Source: a virus. Taken from it: a stretch of DNA of 64,000 nt. The translations under genes were made by a program, and so were the position numbers. Positions 14,942-24,682 of the stretch are shown here, piece by piece. The notes beneath the pieces are model-generated. The model had not been told where the DNA came from and searched no databases. It worked only from the letters and a program-made list of their open reading frames with translations. Position 1 is the stretch's first letter; each line of letters starts with the position of its first letter. The stretch is taken from positions 31,737 to 95,736 of IMG/VR virus record IMGVR_UViG_3300023174_004605; one strand, written 5' to 3'.

Positions 14942-15146
14942 TCCAGAATGGCCCTACATCTGTTACACCAGCCATGACTGGCAGGAAGTGTGTGACTGGT
15001 GTGACAAGACCATTGGTGTATTTGATCAGGATTGGTATAAACTGGGTGAGGACATCGCGGCACAGAGCATCAATCCTGACTACAAGAGCACCTACATGTT
15101 CCGTGACGAGCGACATGCTGTGCTGTTCCGGTTGAGGTGGGAATGA
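14928..15146 (+). CDS. Small phage protein, FxL[KR]W family
   Basis: GGAG RBS; ends YMFRDERHAVLFRLRWE. Confidence 0.75.
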   Translation: MRLPDPEWPYICYTSHDWQEVCDWCDKTIGVFDQDWYKLGEDIAAQSINPDYKSTYMFRDERHAVLFRLRWE

Positions 15147-15313
15147 GAGTGGCCAGTGTGATGGCGCCAGGAAACATCCGGTATGTGGGCTGGTTGCCAT
15201 GTATCAAGTGGTGTGATCAACACTGTGAAGGCGCCTGGCGCTTTGTCAGCGAAGGTGTGTTTGAGTTTGCTTTGGATTCGGACTACACCATGTTTATGTT
15301 GAAGTGGGCATGA
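15143..15313 (+). CDS. Small phage protein, FxL[KR]W family (56 aa, not in ORF track)
   Basis: ATGA-coupled on both sides; ends FEFALDSDYTMFMLKWA. Confidence 0.75.
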   Translation: MRVASVMAPGNIRYVGWLPCIKWCDQHCEGAWRFVSEGVFEFALDSDYTMFMLKWA

Positions 15314-15522
15314 TCAGGATCTTGGTTCAAAACGCACAACAGGCTTTAGAGCTCAAGGAGCAGATCTTGACAGCTGGATTACGACTCAATGAAGATTTTA
15401 CCTGGGAATATAGACCAGATCCTTACGATGGGTGGGATGACAGCTCACATGCACATCCTGAAGTCAGATTTATATTCCGTGACCCTGCTCAAGAAACTTT
15501 TTTCCGCATGCGGTTTGAATGA
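15310..15522 (+). CDS. Small phage protein, FxL[KR]W family
   Basis: Ends FIFRDPAQETFFRMRFE. Confidence 0.75.
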   Translation: MIRILVQNAQQALELKEQILTAGLRLNEDFTWEYRPDPYDGWDDSSHAHPEVRFIFRDPAQETFFRMRFE

Positions 15523-15749
15523 CTCAGTTAGAAACATGGCCGCCACCTGACTGGACAGAAGTTGTGATTTCCTGGGATACCATGTTAAACAACGCTGACC
15601 GAAGCCCCAACACTATAACCAAGTGGTGCGATCATTATCCTGGTCATGGTCGTTGGCACTTGCATGGCTGGAAGAAAACTGAAGGATTTGCGTTTCGTTT
15701 TGAAGATGCCCGAGACGCTACTACATTTAAATTGGTCTGGGATCGATGA
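15519..15749 (+). CDS. Small phage protein, FxL[KR]W family
   Basis: Ends FRFEDARDATTFKLVWDR. Confidence 0.75.
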   Translation: MTQLETWPPPDWTEVVISWDTMLNNADRSPNTITKWCDHYPGHGRWHLHGWKKTEGFAFRFEDARDATTFKLVWDR

Positions 15750-16027
15750 ACTACTACTACGAACTTGATGAACGCACACAAAAGGCCAACTTGGAACAGT
15801 GGCACCTGTGGTGCATGCCCAACTGCTCGCCGGCAGAAGGTGGCAGGATGTGTTTCAAGACCCACGATGACTTCATGTCCAACAGCCGTAGAGTTTGGTT
15901 GGAAAATGCCAATGGGGTTTACTTGGTCAAACCGCACTGGGGTATATACAGGGGTCGTGTGGATGATCGTGAGTTTATCATGATCAAACTGCGTGCCCGG
16001 ACTATCAAATGGTGGGAAGATGAGTAA
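15746..16027 (+). CDS. Small hypothetical phage protein (93 aa)
   Basis: ATGA-coupled; weak family motif VDDREFIMIKLR. Confidence 0.7.
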   Translation: MNYYYELDERTQKANLEQWHLWCMPNCSPAEGGRMCFKTHDDFMSNSRRVWLENANGVYLVKPHWGIYRGRVDDREFIMIKLRARTIKWWEDE

Positions 16028-16343
16028 AGACGATATTCGAACTCGTGTGTATGAATTTGGCCAACGCTTGGTGGACAAGGCCAAGGATGAATACTACGCC
16101 ACACCCGAAGCCAGGATTGATACCATATTGGGTGAAAATCAAGATATCTACCGACGTCTAATGAAAGTCAAACAGGAATGGGATCAGCGTTGGAAGTCTG
16201 GTGTTCATGACATGAGTTTTCCGGGATACCTGCGTGAAGTTTATGGCATAGAAATGACCATACAGCCCGAAGGTGTGGATTTACGCTATAAAATATTGGA
16301 TGAACAGAGGCACACCTTGTTCTTGTTGAAGTTTGGCACATGA
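16020..16343 (+). CDS. Small phage protein, FxL[KR]W family
   Basis: Ends YKILDEQRHTLFLLKFGT. Confidence 0.75.
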   Translation: MSKDDIRTRVYEFGQRLVDKAKDEYYATPEARIDTILGENQDIYRRLMKVKQEWDQRWKSGVHDMSFPGYLREVYGIEMTIQPEGVDLRYKILDEQRHTLFLLKFGT

Positions 16344-16549
16344 TCAACTGGGCCTACATTGTCGCTAGATTGGTTGGTGCTATTGGATCATGGATCGAAG
16401 CCAGCAACTTGCGAAACCGTTGCTTCAAGATGGCCGAGGAAGCCGAAATCATGATGACAGCATTGGAAGATATAGAACGCATGAGTCAAGAACCTCGGAT
16501 TAAACAGTATGCTCGCAGGGCCATTGACACCGTGAAGGGCTTGCCATGA
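16340..16549 (+). CDS. Small hypothetical phage protein (69 aa)
   Basis: ATGA-coupled on both sides. Confidence 0.7.
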   Translation: MINWAYIVARLVGAIGSWIEASNLRNRCFKMAEEAEIMMTALEDIERMSQEPRIKQYARRAIDTVKGLP

Positions 16550-16878
16550 AAGTAACCATCAAACCTGGCCTGATCATATTCCATAATCCTAAGGATTGGG
16601 AACCCATACAATACCGACTTGGAATTGACCACGGAACCCGTGTGTTGATCAGTTATGTTTGCAAGCGAGAGTTGGGATTCACTGTGCGCAGACACAAGGC
16701 CTGGGTACCCTGTAGTGAAAAATACAGCGATGACGAAAATGAGTTTCTTTCCAGCATTGGTCGGGATTTGTATGGTCGTTATACCCATCAGATGGAAATA
16801 CACCTGGATTTCTATGATCAAGCCCAACAAACTTGGTTTGTGCTAAAATATCTAAATAACTGCACGGTTGACCAATAA
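16546..16878 (+). CDS. Small phage protein, FxL[KR]W family
   Basis: Ends LDFYDQAQQTWFVLKYL. Confidence 0.75.
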   Translation: MKVTIKPGLIIFHNPKDWEPIQYRLGIDHGTRVLISYVCKRELGFTVRRHKAWVPCSEKYSDDENEFLSSIGRDLYGRYTHQMEIHLDFYDQAQQTWFVLKYLNNCTVDQ

Positions 16879-16896
16879 ATCCGTTTTTGCTATAAT
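16868..16896 (+). promoter_or_regulatory. Early-type promoter for the vWA gene
   Basis: (GG)TTGACC-N17-TATAAT with extended -10 TG. Confidence 0.8.
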
Positions 16897-16925
16897 ATTA
16901 TATACAGTCAGATAATAGGAGCAGT

Positions 16926-18218
16926 ATGAGCACAGCCGCTACAAGTCAGAACAAGAAAGAAGCCGACAAGTTCAAAGACTTGATTGGACCCATGGATCCT
17001 AAACTGGATCGCGAGGTGCGTGAAAAACTGATCACAGCTCGTGTGGGATTATTGCTCCGTGCCAGTTTTTTTGGTAACTTGGCTACTCGACTCAAACTAG
17101 TCAATGCCGACGAATGGTGTGGCACAGCTGCCACAGATGGCCGAAACTTCTATTATAACAGCAGATTCATTGACATGCTCCGACCCAAAGAGATCGAGTT
17201 CTTGTTTGGTCATGAGGTCTTGCATTGTGTGTATGATCATTTTGGTCGCAGAGGAGACCGTGATCCCATGTTGTTCAACGTGGCCAATGACTATGCTGTC
17301 AATGGTGACTTGAAAAAACATAGAGTGGGTGAGTTTATTACGTCGGTACCTTGCCTGTACGATTCCAAGTTCGAAGGCAAGAGCAGTGAGGAAATCTATG
17401 ACATCCTGTATGAAAATGCTGAAAAAATCAACCTGTCAGATCTTGTAGACAAGCTCCTAGATGATCATCTGGATGGCGAAGGTGACAGTGATAGCGATGA
17501 TGATGGTGATGAAAAGGATGGCAAGGGCAAGAAGCCCAAGCTGAGTGCCGAAGAGCGTCAAAAGATCCGCGATGAAATCAAAGAAGCAGTGCTATCAGCA
17601 GCCGCAGCGTCGGATGGTGCTGGCAACTTGCCTGCAGGTGTCCGACGCCTGATCCAAGACATGACTGCACCCAAGATGAACTGGCGTGAGTTGTTGCGTA
17701 TGCAGTTGGAAAGTACCATCAAGAGTGACTTTACTTGGATGCGAGCCAGCCGACGTGGCTGGCACATGGATGCAGTAATGCCAGGTATGAAGAATGACGA
17801 GCTGATCGATATTGCCATAGGCATTGATGCATCAGGGTCGATCGATGAACGCATGCTCCGAGACTTCTTGGCAGAAACCCAGGGTATCATGGATCAGTTC
17901 CAGAGCTACAGGATCCATATCTTTACCTTTGATACTAGGGTGTATAATCCTGCACAATACAATTCAGACAATCTAGACACTATCTGCGATTATGAAGTCA
18001 AGGGCGGTGGTGGCACAGACTTTGACGCTATCTTTAACTATTTAAAAGAAGAACAGATCGAGCCCAAGCGGCTGATCGTGTTCACAGACGGTTACCCATT
18101 TGGATCCTGGGGTGATGAAAACTATGCCGACACGGTATGGATTATTCATGGTAACACGACTGTAGTTCCGCCCTGGGGTCAGTATGCTTACTATGAAAAG
18201 GAAACAGCACATGCTTGA
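16926..18218 (+). CDS. Metallopeptidase-like + vWA domain protein (DUF2201 type; MoxR partner)
   Basis: TAATDG, HEVLH (HExxH), MIDAS DASGS, GGGGTDF, FTDG. Confidence 0.9.
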   Translation: MSTAATSQNKKEADKFKDLIGPMDPKLDREVREKLITARVGLLLRASFFGNLATRLKLVNADEWCGTAATDGRNFYYNSRFIDMLRPKEIEFLFGHEVLHCVYDHFGRRGDRDPMLFNVANDYAVNGDLKKHRVGEFITSVPCLYDSKFEGKSSEEIYDILYENAEKINLSDLVDKLLDDHLDGEGDSDSDDDGDEKDGKGKKPKLSAEERQKIRDEIKEAVLSAAAASDGAGNLPAGVRRLIQDMTAPKMNWRELLRMQLESTIKSDFTWMRASRRGWHMDAVMPGMKNDELIDIAIGIDASGSIDERMLRDFLAETQGIMDQFQSYRIHIFTFDTRVYNPAQYNSDNLDTICDYEVKGGGGTDFDAIFNYLKEEQIEPKRLIVFTDGYPFGSWGDENYADTVWIIHGNTTVVPPWGQYAYYEKETAHA

Positions 18219-18381
18219 ACGTTTTAGACATTGGTATTTGGCCAACGCCACAGAAATCACTTGGTTTATTATCGGGGCCATGATCATGAGTGGCATGATC
18301 TTCTTTGGTCAGGAGCAGTACGTAAATGCAGTACTTTGCTGGTTTGTAGCTGCGGCCAACTACTGGTTCCGCAACAAATAA
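18211..18381 (+). CDS. Small membrane protein (56 aa)
   Basis: AAGGA RBS; two hydrophobic segments. Confidence 0.65.
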   Translation: MLERFRHWYLANATEITWFIIGAMIMSGMIFFGQEQYVNAVLCWFVAAANYWFRNK

Positions 18382-18397
18382 GCCCGTCAGTTTAGCC

Positions 18398-18424
18398 AAA
18401 ACACCCCACTTTGGGGTGTTTTTT
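18398..18424 (+). terminator. Intrinsic terminator
   Basis: AAAACACCCC-ACTT-GGGGTGTTTTTT. Confidence 0.85.
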
Positions 18425-18469
18425 ACGGCAAAAATAAATCATTGGCTGTGCCTAGTCGTAAATATCTGC

Positions 18470-18679
18470 ATGGACAACTCACAAATAACAATCGCAGATC
18501 TTGATACCATCAAGAACATTATAGACCTGGCCTGCACTCGCGGAGCCTTCCGTGGTGCAGAAATCAGTCAGGTAGGTGCCGTTTATGACAAGCTATCAGC
18601 ATTTTTAGAAGCAGTCATAACTCAGGCTCAAGAACAAGAAGCAAACAACGCTGGTAACAACGAACCCAAAGGAGAATAA
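18470..18679 (+). CDS. Hypothetical phage protein (MDNSQITIADL...)
   Basis: ATG at 18470 after a GTAAATA motif. Confidence 0.7.
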   Translation: MDNSQITIADLDTIKNIIDLACTRGAFRGAEISQVGAVYDKLSAFLEAVITQAQEQEANNAGNNEPKGE

Positions 18680-18680
18680 C

Positions 18681-19412
18681 ATGGCATTTATGAAACACGT
18701 AGGCAAACACGGAGACCGCAAGGTTTGTATCCTGTTCCGTCAGGTACCCGGTGAAGATCACATGTGTTTGTGCATTTATCCTGAAGTCATGCCAGCACAT
18801 TGGCAAGACAGCGTACAGAAGGCCCTGGAAAGCGAAGTGGCACAGCAGAGTGAAGAGTTGGCCGATGCCCTACATAGAACCTTCCTGCCCGACGGTCGTC
18901 CCGTGTTGGAAACCTTGCATCAAGAGCGCATGATCAAGAAACTACGCACTGCCGATGTGATTGTAACACCCACATCAACAGCTACCATTCGTCTTGATGA
19001 ACTTAACAAAATGCTAAATGAGATGAAAACTGGCGAAGCTGCCATCAAGAAAATGGCTGAGAATGATGCTAGCCGCGGCCTAGTTGCTCCTGAAGTCAAG
19101 CGTAAAGCTGAAGCCGAATTCAAAGCAACACAGGCAAAGAAAGATTCTGCAGTCACAGCACCTGTCTTGCGTGCTGGACAAGATGGCGCACTTTCAGATC
19201 GTGATATTGCCGCAAACATGTTGTCACAGGCCAAGGCCATGGAAGCCAATGCACGTTCTATGATAGCTGAAGCTGGTCGCATGAAGAAGGAAGCTGAGAA
19301 ATTGGATCCTACTGTGTCAGCCAAAGCCGCAGTTCCAGTCACTGAAGACGCACCTGCCGCCAAGGCACGCGGTCGTAAACCCAAGTCAGTGATGGCCGAT
19401 GTTGCACAATGA
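18681..19412 (+). CDS. Hypothetical phage protein (243 aa, coiled-coil C-terminus)
   Basis: AGGAG RBS; long ORF. Confidence 0.85.
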   Translation: MAFMKHVGKHGDRKVCILFRQVPGEDHMCLCIYPEVMPAHWQDSVQKALESEVAQQSEELADALHRTFLPDGRPVLETLHQERMIKKLRTADVIVTPTSTATIRLDELNKMLNEMKTGEAAIKKMAENDASRGLVAPEVKRKAEAEFKATQAKKDSAVTAPVLRAGQDGALSDRDIAANMLSQAKAMEANARSMIAEAGRMKKEAEKLDPTVSAKAAVPVTEDAPAAKARGRKPKSVMADVAQ

Positions 19413-19701
19413 TGAATTTTTGACACACTGGGAACGCATAGTAGCAGAAGTAAACAAGACCGATGTTCCCTTGGAGTGTATAAAAAAGGTTGTTGTTAAA
19501 CTGGCAGGCGGTCGTCAAAAGACCATAAATGTTCATACTTTATTAAAACAAGGTCTTGAATTAGAAGAAGTCGAATCCATGTTGACTAGATTCTTCAACG
19601 ACAACAACGAGCAGATACGTGACGTAGACTTTGTAGTTGATGTTACCTCTGTGGCTAATCTAGTACAACCCGAGACAGATAAATTACTAGGTAAACTGTG
19701 A
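19399..19701 (+). CDS. Hypothetical phage protein (100 aa)
   Basis: Overlap-coupled ORF. Confidence 0.75.
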   Translation: MLHNDEFLTHWERIVAEVNKTDVPLECIKKVVVKLAGGRQKTINVHTLLKQGLELEEVESMLTRFFNDNNEQIRDVDFVVDVTSVANLVQPETDKLLGKL

Positions 19702-20360
19702 AAGTAACATTGGTAAGCAGTAGTGAGCCAAGCAAGGAACTGGTAGAACAGGGCATAGTTAATGCCCAAGAACTAGTTGCTTACTGCGCTAGGGTTAGCA
19801 ATCCATCTAACCAAACCAACACAGACACTAGCGAGAAGCTGATCCGCTATCTTATCAAGCACCAGCATTGGTCACCACTTGAAATGGTATCAGCTTGTTT
19901 GGAAATTGAAACCACACGCGATATTGCCAGACAGATTCTACGTCATCGTAGTTTCAGCTTCCAAGAGTTCAGCCAGCGTTATGCTGTAGCTGACTTAGGT
20001 ATAGAGTACAAAGAAGCTCGACTACAAGACGTTAAGAATCGCCAGAACAGTATTGAAGTTGACAATCCTTACTTACAAGAGTTGTGGGAAGAAAAACAGG
20101 CACAGGTTGTATCAGCTAGTAATCAAGCATACAAATGGGCACTAGATAACGGTATTGCCAAAGAGCAGGCACGTGCTGTATTACCCGAAGGTATTACCAC
20201 TAGTCGCTTGTACATGCAAGGTACACTTCGCAGTTGGGTACACTATATCGAATTGCGTAGTGGGCCAGAAACGCAAAAAGAACATAGAGAAATTGCACAG
20301 GCCTGTGCTGTCGCACTTGAATCTATCTTTCCAATGGTCTCCGAATTCCTTGTAACCTAA
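19698..20360 (+). CDS. thyX: FAD-dependent thymidylate synthase
   Basis: RHRSFSFQEFSQRY signature; HWSPLE; ARAVLP. Confidence 0.97.
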   Translation: MKVTLVSSSEPSKELVEQGIVNAQELVAYCARVSNPSNQTNTDTSEKLIRYLIKHQHWSPLEMVSACLEIETTRDIARQILRHRSFSFQEFSQRYAVADLGIEYKEARLQDVKNRQNSIEVDNPYLQELWEEKQAQVVSASNQAYKWALDNGIAKEQARAVLPEGITTSRLYMQGTLRSWVHYIELRSGPETQKEHREIAQACAVALESIFPMVSEFLVT

Positions 20361-20384
20361 TAGACTTTCTGTTATAATAGCAGT

Positions 20385-20852
20385 ATGATATTCAATCACA
20401 TTCGAAAATTAAAAGCCGAAGGCAAGACCATAGGTATTACCTTCTCGACATTTGATATGTTACATGCCGGTCACATTGCCATGTTGGCCGAAGCCAAGAA
20501 TCATTGCGATTACTTGATTGCTGGCTTACAAACAGATCCAACCATTGATCGTCCTGATACCAAGAACAAACCTGTTCAAAGTATTGTAGAACGTCAGATA
20601 CAATTGGCCGCGTGTCGGTATGTAGACGAAGTAGTAGTGTATCAAACAGAACAAGACTTAATTGACTTGCTACTAATACTTCCATTGGATATTCGTGTGC
20701 TAGGTGTTGAATACGAAAGTAAAGAATACACTGGTAAAAAAGAAGGCGCAGTTCGAGGTATTGTACCAATTTTCAATGGGCGTGACCATTCATTCAGTAG
20801 TTCTGGATTACGTCAGCGTGTAGTCTCAGCAGAAGCACACAAAAAGAAATAA
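20385..20852 (+). CDS. Cytidylyltransferase-like (TagD/HIGH-motif) nucleotidyltransferase
   Basis: FDMLHAGH, YLIAGLQTDP, YVDEV, FSSS. Confidence 0.9.
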   Translation: MIFNHIRKLKAEGKTIGITFSTFDMLHAGHIAMLAEAKNHCDYLIAGLQTDPTIDRPDTKNKPVQSIVERQIQLAACRYVDEVVVYQTEQDLIDLLLILPLDIRVLGVEYESKEYTGKKEGAVRGIVPIFNGRDHSFSSSGLRQRVVSAEAHKKK

Positions 20853-21092
20853 GTGCGAAAAATCGACTTCCACTCTTTTCGTATGGGCGATGTGGAGGAT
20901 CCAGAAATCTATGCCACACAACCGTTGTATGAGTGGCAACAAACAGAACAAGGGCAGTGGGTCATGGAGAATTGCCAAGACCCACGATATATTGTGCGAC
21001 CCGATGAACAAAATTGGGGTCACAAAATCATTGTCTACGGTGAAGTAGATGATAAGTTGGCAACAGAATACTTATTAAGGTGGGGCAAATGA
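20853..21092 (+). CDS. Small phage protein, FxL[KR]W-like C-terminus
   Basis: Ends DDKLATEYLLRWGK. Confidence 0.7.
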   Translation: MRKIDFHSFRMGDVEDPEIYATQPLYEWQQTEQGQWVMENCQDPRYIVRPDEQNWGHKIIVYGEVDDKLATEYLLRWGK

Positions 21093-22054
21093 AAATATTA
21101 GTAACCGGCGGATTGGGTCTTATTGGACATAACATTGTGCAACGTCTTGAAGAGCAAGGACATGAAGTTTATATCACAGATATTCGAACCAACTACGGAC
21201 TAGTTCCTCAGGCGGAATTAGATTACCTGCTGGCGGAACGTCGTAAAAAAATTAAAACAAGTCGCATACACGCTATTGATATCGCAGATCGCGAAGGCGT
21301 AGACTGGTTGATAAAAACATATCAACCCGATACTATCTTACACTTGGCTAGCTTTCCTAGACAAAAGGTAGTCAATGTAAATCCACAGCTTGGTAGCAAA
21401 ACCATGAGTGAAGGCTTGCTTAATCTATTAGAATCTGCAAAAAATAATCAGGTGGGCAAATTTGTTTATATTAGTAGTTCAATGGTCTACGGCGACTTTG
21501 ACGATGATGTCTGTGAAGATGCGGAATGTCGACCACAAGGGCAGTACGGTATTATGAAACTGGCCGGTGAATGGTTGGTTAAAGACTATGCTCGTAGGAT
21601 CGGAATGAGTTACATCATTATTCGACCCAGTGCTGTGTATGGACCGTTGGATGTTGAGGATCGTGTTATTAGTAAATTCATTCTTACAGCCATGCGTGGT
21701 GGTGTTATTAAAGTAAACGGTGCAAACGAAACCTTGGACTTTACCTATGTTGACGATGCCGCCGACGGTATTGTTGCTGCTACACTGAGTGAACATCAAA
21801 ACAAAATATATAACATTACAAAGAGTCATTCTAAGACCCTACTTGAAGCAGCTAAATTAGCTGTACAAATTGTCGGTCAAGGAACTATAGAAGTTCGCGA
21901 CAAAGATGCAGACTTTCCTAGTCGCGGTGCACTGAATATCGATGCAGCACGTAGAGACTTGGGATTTGATCCCAAGGTGGACATAGATGAAGGGTTTCAA
22001 CGCTATTATGAATGGCTTAACAATTCCGTTTACTGGGCTAAAAAAACAGTATAA
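21089..22054 (+). CDS. NAD-dependent nucleotide-sugar epimerase/dehydratase
   Basis: TGGLGLIG, ISSSMVYG, YGIMK (YxxxK), DFTYVDD. Confidence 0.93.
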   Translation: MKILVTGGLGLIGHNIVQRLEEQGHEVYITDIRTNYGLVPQAELDYLLAERRKKIKTSRIHAIDIADREGVDWLIKTYQPDTILHLASFPRQKVVNVNPQLGSKTMSEGLLNLLESAKNNQVGKFVYISSSMVYGDFDDDVCEDAECRPQGQYGIMKLAGEWLVKDYARRIGMSYIIIRPSAVYGPLDVEDRVISKFILTAMRGGVIKVNGANETLDFTYVDDAADGIVAATLSEHQNKIYNITKSHSKTLLEAAKLAVQIVGQGTIEVRDKDADFPSRGALNIDAARRDLGFDPKVDIDEGFQRYYEWLNNSVYWAKKTV

Positions 22055-23087
22055 CAATCTCCGCACCGAGATACTAGATGCCACTGATGTGGTCCTAAGG
22101 TCTGGCCATCTCATGGATGGCAACTACACAGCCGAGTTCGAAAGCTGGTTGGCCAAAAAGAACGGCGTCAAATATGCGGCCACTTGTCACTCGGGCACAC
22201 ATGCCTTGGAGATCATTGCCGAATACTATGCGTCACAGAAATTCTGGCCCAACCCTCCCCGAGTGCTGGTTCCTGCCATGACCTATCCGGCCACTATCAA
22301 TGCTTTCATGCGTGTGGGTTGGGATGTCGTTATCGTTGATACCGACTACTACGGCATCATGGATCTGCGTAAAATTGATCGCAACATGAGTGTACAGGCC
22401 TTGGTGGCCGTGGGCTTGTATGGACATGCACTCAACAAGCATGAGTGGCTCAACAACAATGGATCTGTGGTCATAGAAGATGCTGCACAGCACTGGTTGG
22501 GTTATGGATGCAGGCGTGTGGCCAATTCAGCCGCTATCAGCTTCGATCCCATGAAGAACTTGAACAACTACGGCAACGGTGGTGCCATTGTGACCGACGA
22601 TGTAAACTTGTTAGAGTACGCTAGAACCACACGCAACAATGGCAAACCCACACACATGGACACCGGATCAAATAGCCGTATGAGTGAAATAGATTGTGCG
22701 CAAATGTTGGTCAAGGCCAATCACATTGATGCCTGGCAGGCTCGTAGAGCCAAGATCAGTGCCTACTGGATGCAACGACTACAAGGCACTGCGGCACGTA
22801 GTTTGATCGATGAAGGCAATCATAAGTATCATGCCTACCACAAGTTTGTGATCGAAGTGTCAAATCGTGATATCCTACAACGTAATCTGGCCTTGCACGG
22901 CATAGAAACACGGATACACTACAGAGAACCTTTGCACGAGTTACCGGCCTATCAGCACTTGACAGGACCCGACATTCTAAGTGCGGCATCGGCCATGGCA
23001 CGTAGAGTGCTGACCTTGCCCTTGTACCCTGAACTAACTGATTTAGAAGTTGAATATATCGTGGATCAAGTGTTGGACAACATTTAA
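22008..23087 (+). CDS. DegT/DnrJ/EryC1/StrS PLP-dependent aminotransferase
   Basis: SGTHAL, VIEDAAQ, SFDPMKNL (PLP Lys), GNGGAI, NSRMSE, LTLPLYP. Confidence 0.93.
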   Translation: MNGLTIPFTGLKKQYNNLRTEILDATDVVLRSGHLMDGNYTAEFESWLAKKNGVKYAATCHSGTHALEIIAEYYASQKFWPNPPRVLVPAMTYPATINAFMRVGWDVVIVDTDYYGIMDLRKIDRNMSVQALVAVGLYGHALNKHEWLNNNGSVVIEDAAQHWLGYGCRRVANSAAISFDPMKNLNNYGNGGAIVTDDVNLLEYARTTRNNGKPTHMDTGSNSRMSEIDCAQMLVKANHIDAWQARRAKISAYWMQRLQGTAARSLIDEGNHKYHAYHKFVIEVSNRDILQRNLALHGIETRIHYREPLHELPAYQHLTGPDILSAASAMARRVLTLPLYPELTDLEVEYIVDQVLDNI

Positions 23088-24682
23088 TCTGCCACAAGAT
23101 TCCTTTTTAACAACGCATACGAGGCTAACCAAGCCCAGTCATAACTCTTGCGTAGTTCTGCCCGGTCCCCATTGACTGCCTCGTAGTATTCCACAGCATC
23201 TTCGGCGCCCCAACGACTCCATTCCGAGTTGATCAAGGCCTCGGGTACTGGTCCAAGCCACTTGTCTAATCTATACTGACTTTCCACATCGGTTTGTCCA
23301 CGCAGTTTCACACACTCACGGAATGCAGTGCGCCAGGCCATCCATGGTGTGTAGGCATAGTCAGCTGTGCCTGATAGGACGGGAACAACTTCATGAGCAC
23401 TATCTAATGTAAAGTCTAGACCTTGACCTGGATTCTCTAACACCAGACGACGGTTGTATGCTATCATAGCTTGATGTCCATACGTCAATCTGTTTATAGG
23501 GTTGAACGCATGGAAGATATAGTGCTTGGGTTCTTGTAGTCGATCAGGTTGCCAAGCCCAATCAAATTTTTCATTGACTCGGAGCTTGGCAAACACAGCA
23601 AAGAACCAGGGTGTGGTGCTCATTTCCGCTGCGGCATGATATGCGGCCACACGTCCAGTTACGCCGCGGCTGACAAACACTTGATTGTCTAAACTGGCTG
23701 TGGCCGCTGACAATGCACGCAAGTTATCTAACGCATTGGGCTCGCCATTTTCTATAAACACTATATCCAACAAAGGGTCCTGCCCATGGCGCCAGGTTTT
23801 GTCTATGTAGGGATAATCATATACCTGCCGACTTATGTGATTTTTTGCTTCTCTAGGCACAATCACAACACTAGCGCCTGGTGTTAGTGGTGTCACGGTC
23901 TTGGTTTTTTCTCTCCACAAGGCCACAGTGGGCTCAAAGGCTGTGCGGCCACCGGTGCTGAACATAACCAAAGGATCGCGAAATTCGTATTCTCGTATGG
24001 CCGCCACATGAGTGTCATGAGCATGATCGACCACGGGCATAGGCAATCTTGGCACAGAGACGTCTTCTACAAAGTGTATGGTTTCAAACCATTCCAACAA
24101 TTTTATGTCTTTGGATTTTTCCAAGAACGTGGGCACATGCACGTAGAATGTGTCCCCAAACTTTTGTGTGCCACTTGCAAATACATGCAACATGTCGGCT
24201 TGCCATTCCGACGGATGCCAGGTAAAGTCAAAGTTGGTGTAATTGCACACACTACTCACTACCCACACATATTCATGATCAACTTTAGCTAGAATTCTAC
24301 GCAGGGTACCTAGATAGTCACTGATGTATCTAGTAGACAGTTCACACTCTACACTTACTCCGGTTCCATGGTCAATGCCTATGCATGGTACCGAAGATTT
24401 TCTTGGTAACACAGTATGAGTTCGATTTACATCAAATCCACCTTGTCTAGGAACCAAAAGAGTTCCGCCGTTGTCTTGATGTTGGCTAGGCCAAGCATGC
24501 GTTTGATTGGCTTCCCATGGAACCGGCTCCCAAAGAAAATCATGATCACTATAGTCAGTTAAATAGTTCGTCCACCAAAAATATCTTGTTTTCGAAAGTT
24601 GCCGTGCCTGTTCCACAGATTCCGCTGCCTGTTCATGGGCAAATAGATTTGGTTTTGTTCCAGAATAAAAAACGTCAAACAT
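23084..24682 (-). CDS. Glycosyltransferase-like phage protein (532 aa)
   Basis: C-terminal half resembles 40075..41004 (GVTGRVAAYHAAA vs GVKGSDAAHKAAG; AWRTAFRECVKL vs AWRAGFREGVKM). Confidence 0.55.
   Translation of the reverse strand: MFDVFYSGTKPNLFAHEQAAESVEQARQLSKTRYFWWTNYLTDYSDHDFLWEPVPWEANQTHAWPSQHQDNGGTLLVPRQGGFDVNRTHTVLPRKSSVPCIGIDHGTGVSVECELSTRYISDYLGTLRRILAKVDHEYVWVVSSVCNYTNFDFTWHPSEWQADMLHVFASGTQKFGDTFYVHVPTFLEKSKDIKLLEWFETIHFVEDVSVPRLPMPVVDHAHDTHVAAIREYEFRDPLVMFSTGGRTAFEPTVALWREKTKTVTPLTPGASVVIVPREAKNHISRQVYDYPYIDKTWRHGQDPLLDIVFIENGEPNALDNLRALSAATASLDNQVFVSRGVTGRVAAYHAAAEMSTTPWFFAVFAKLRVNEKFDWAWQPDRLQEPKHYIFHAFNPINRLTYGHQAMIAYNRRLVLENPGQGLDFTLDSAHEVVPVLSGTADYAYTPWMAWRTAFRECVKLRGQTDVESQYRLDKWLGPVPEALINSEWSRWGAEDAVEYYEAVNGDRAELRKSYDWAWLASYALLKRNLVAD

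Noticed and set aside
18920-19426. 168-aa minus-strand ORF
   Set aside because: Antisense to a well-supported + strand gene; low-complexity shadow.
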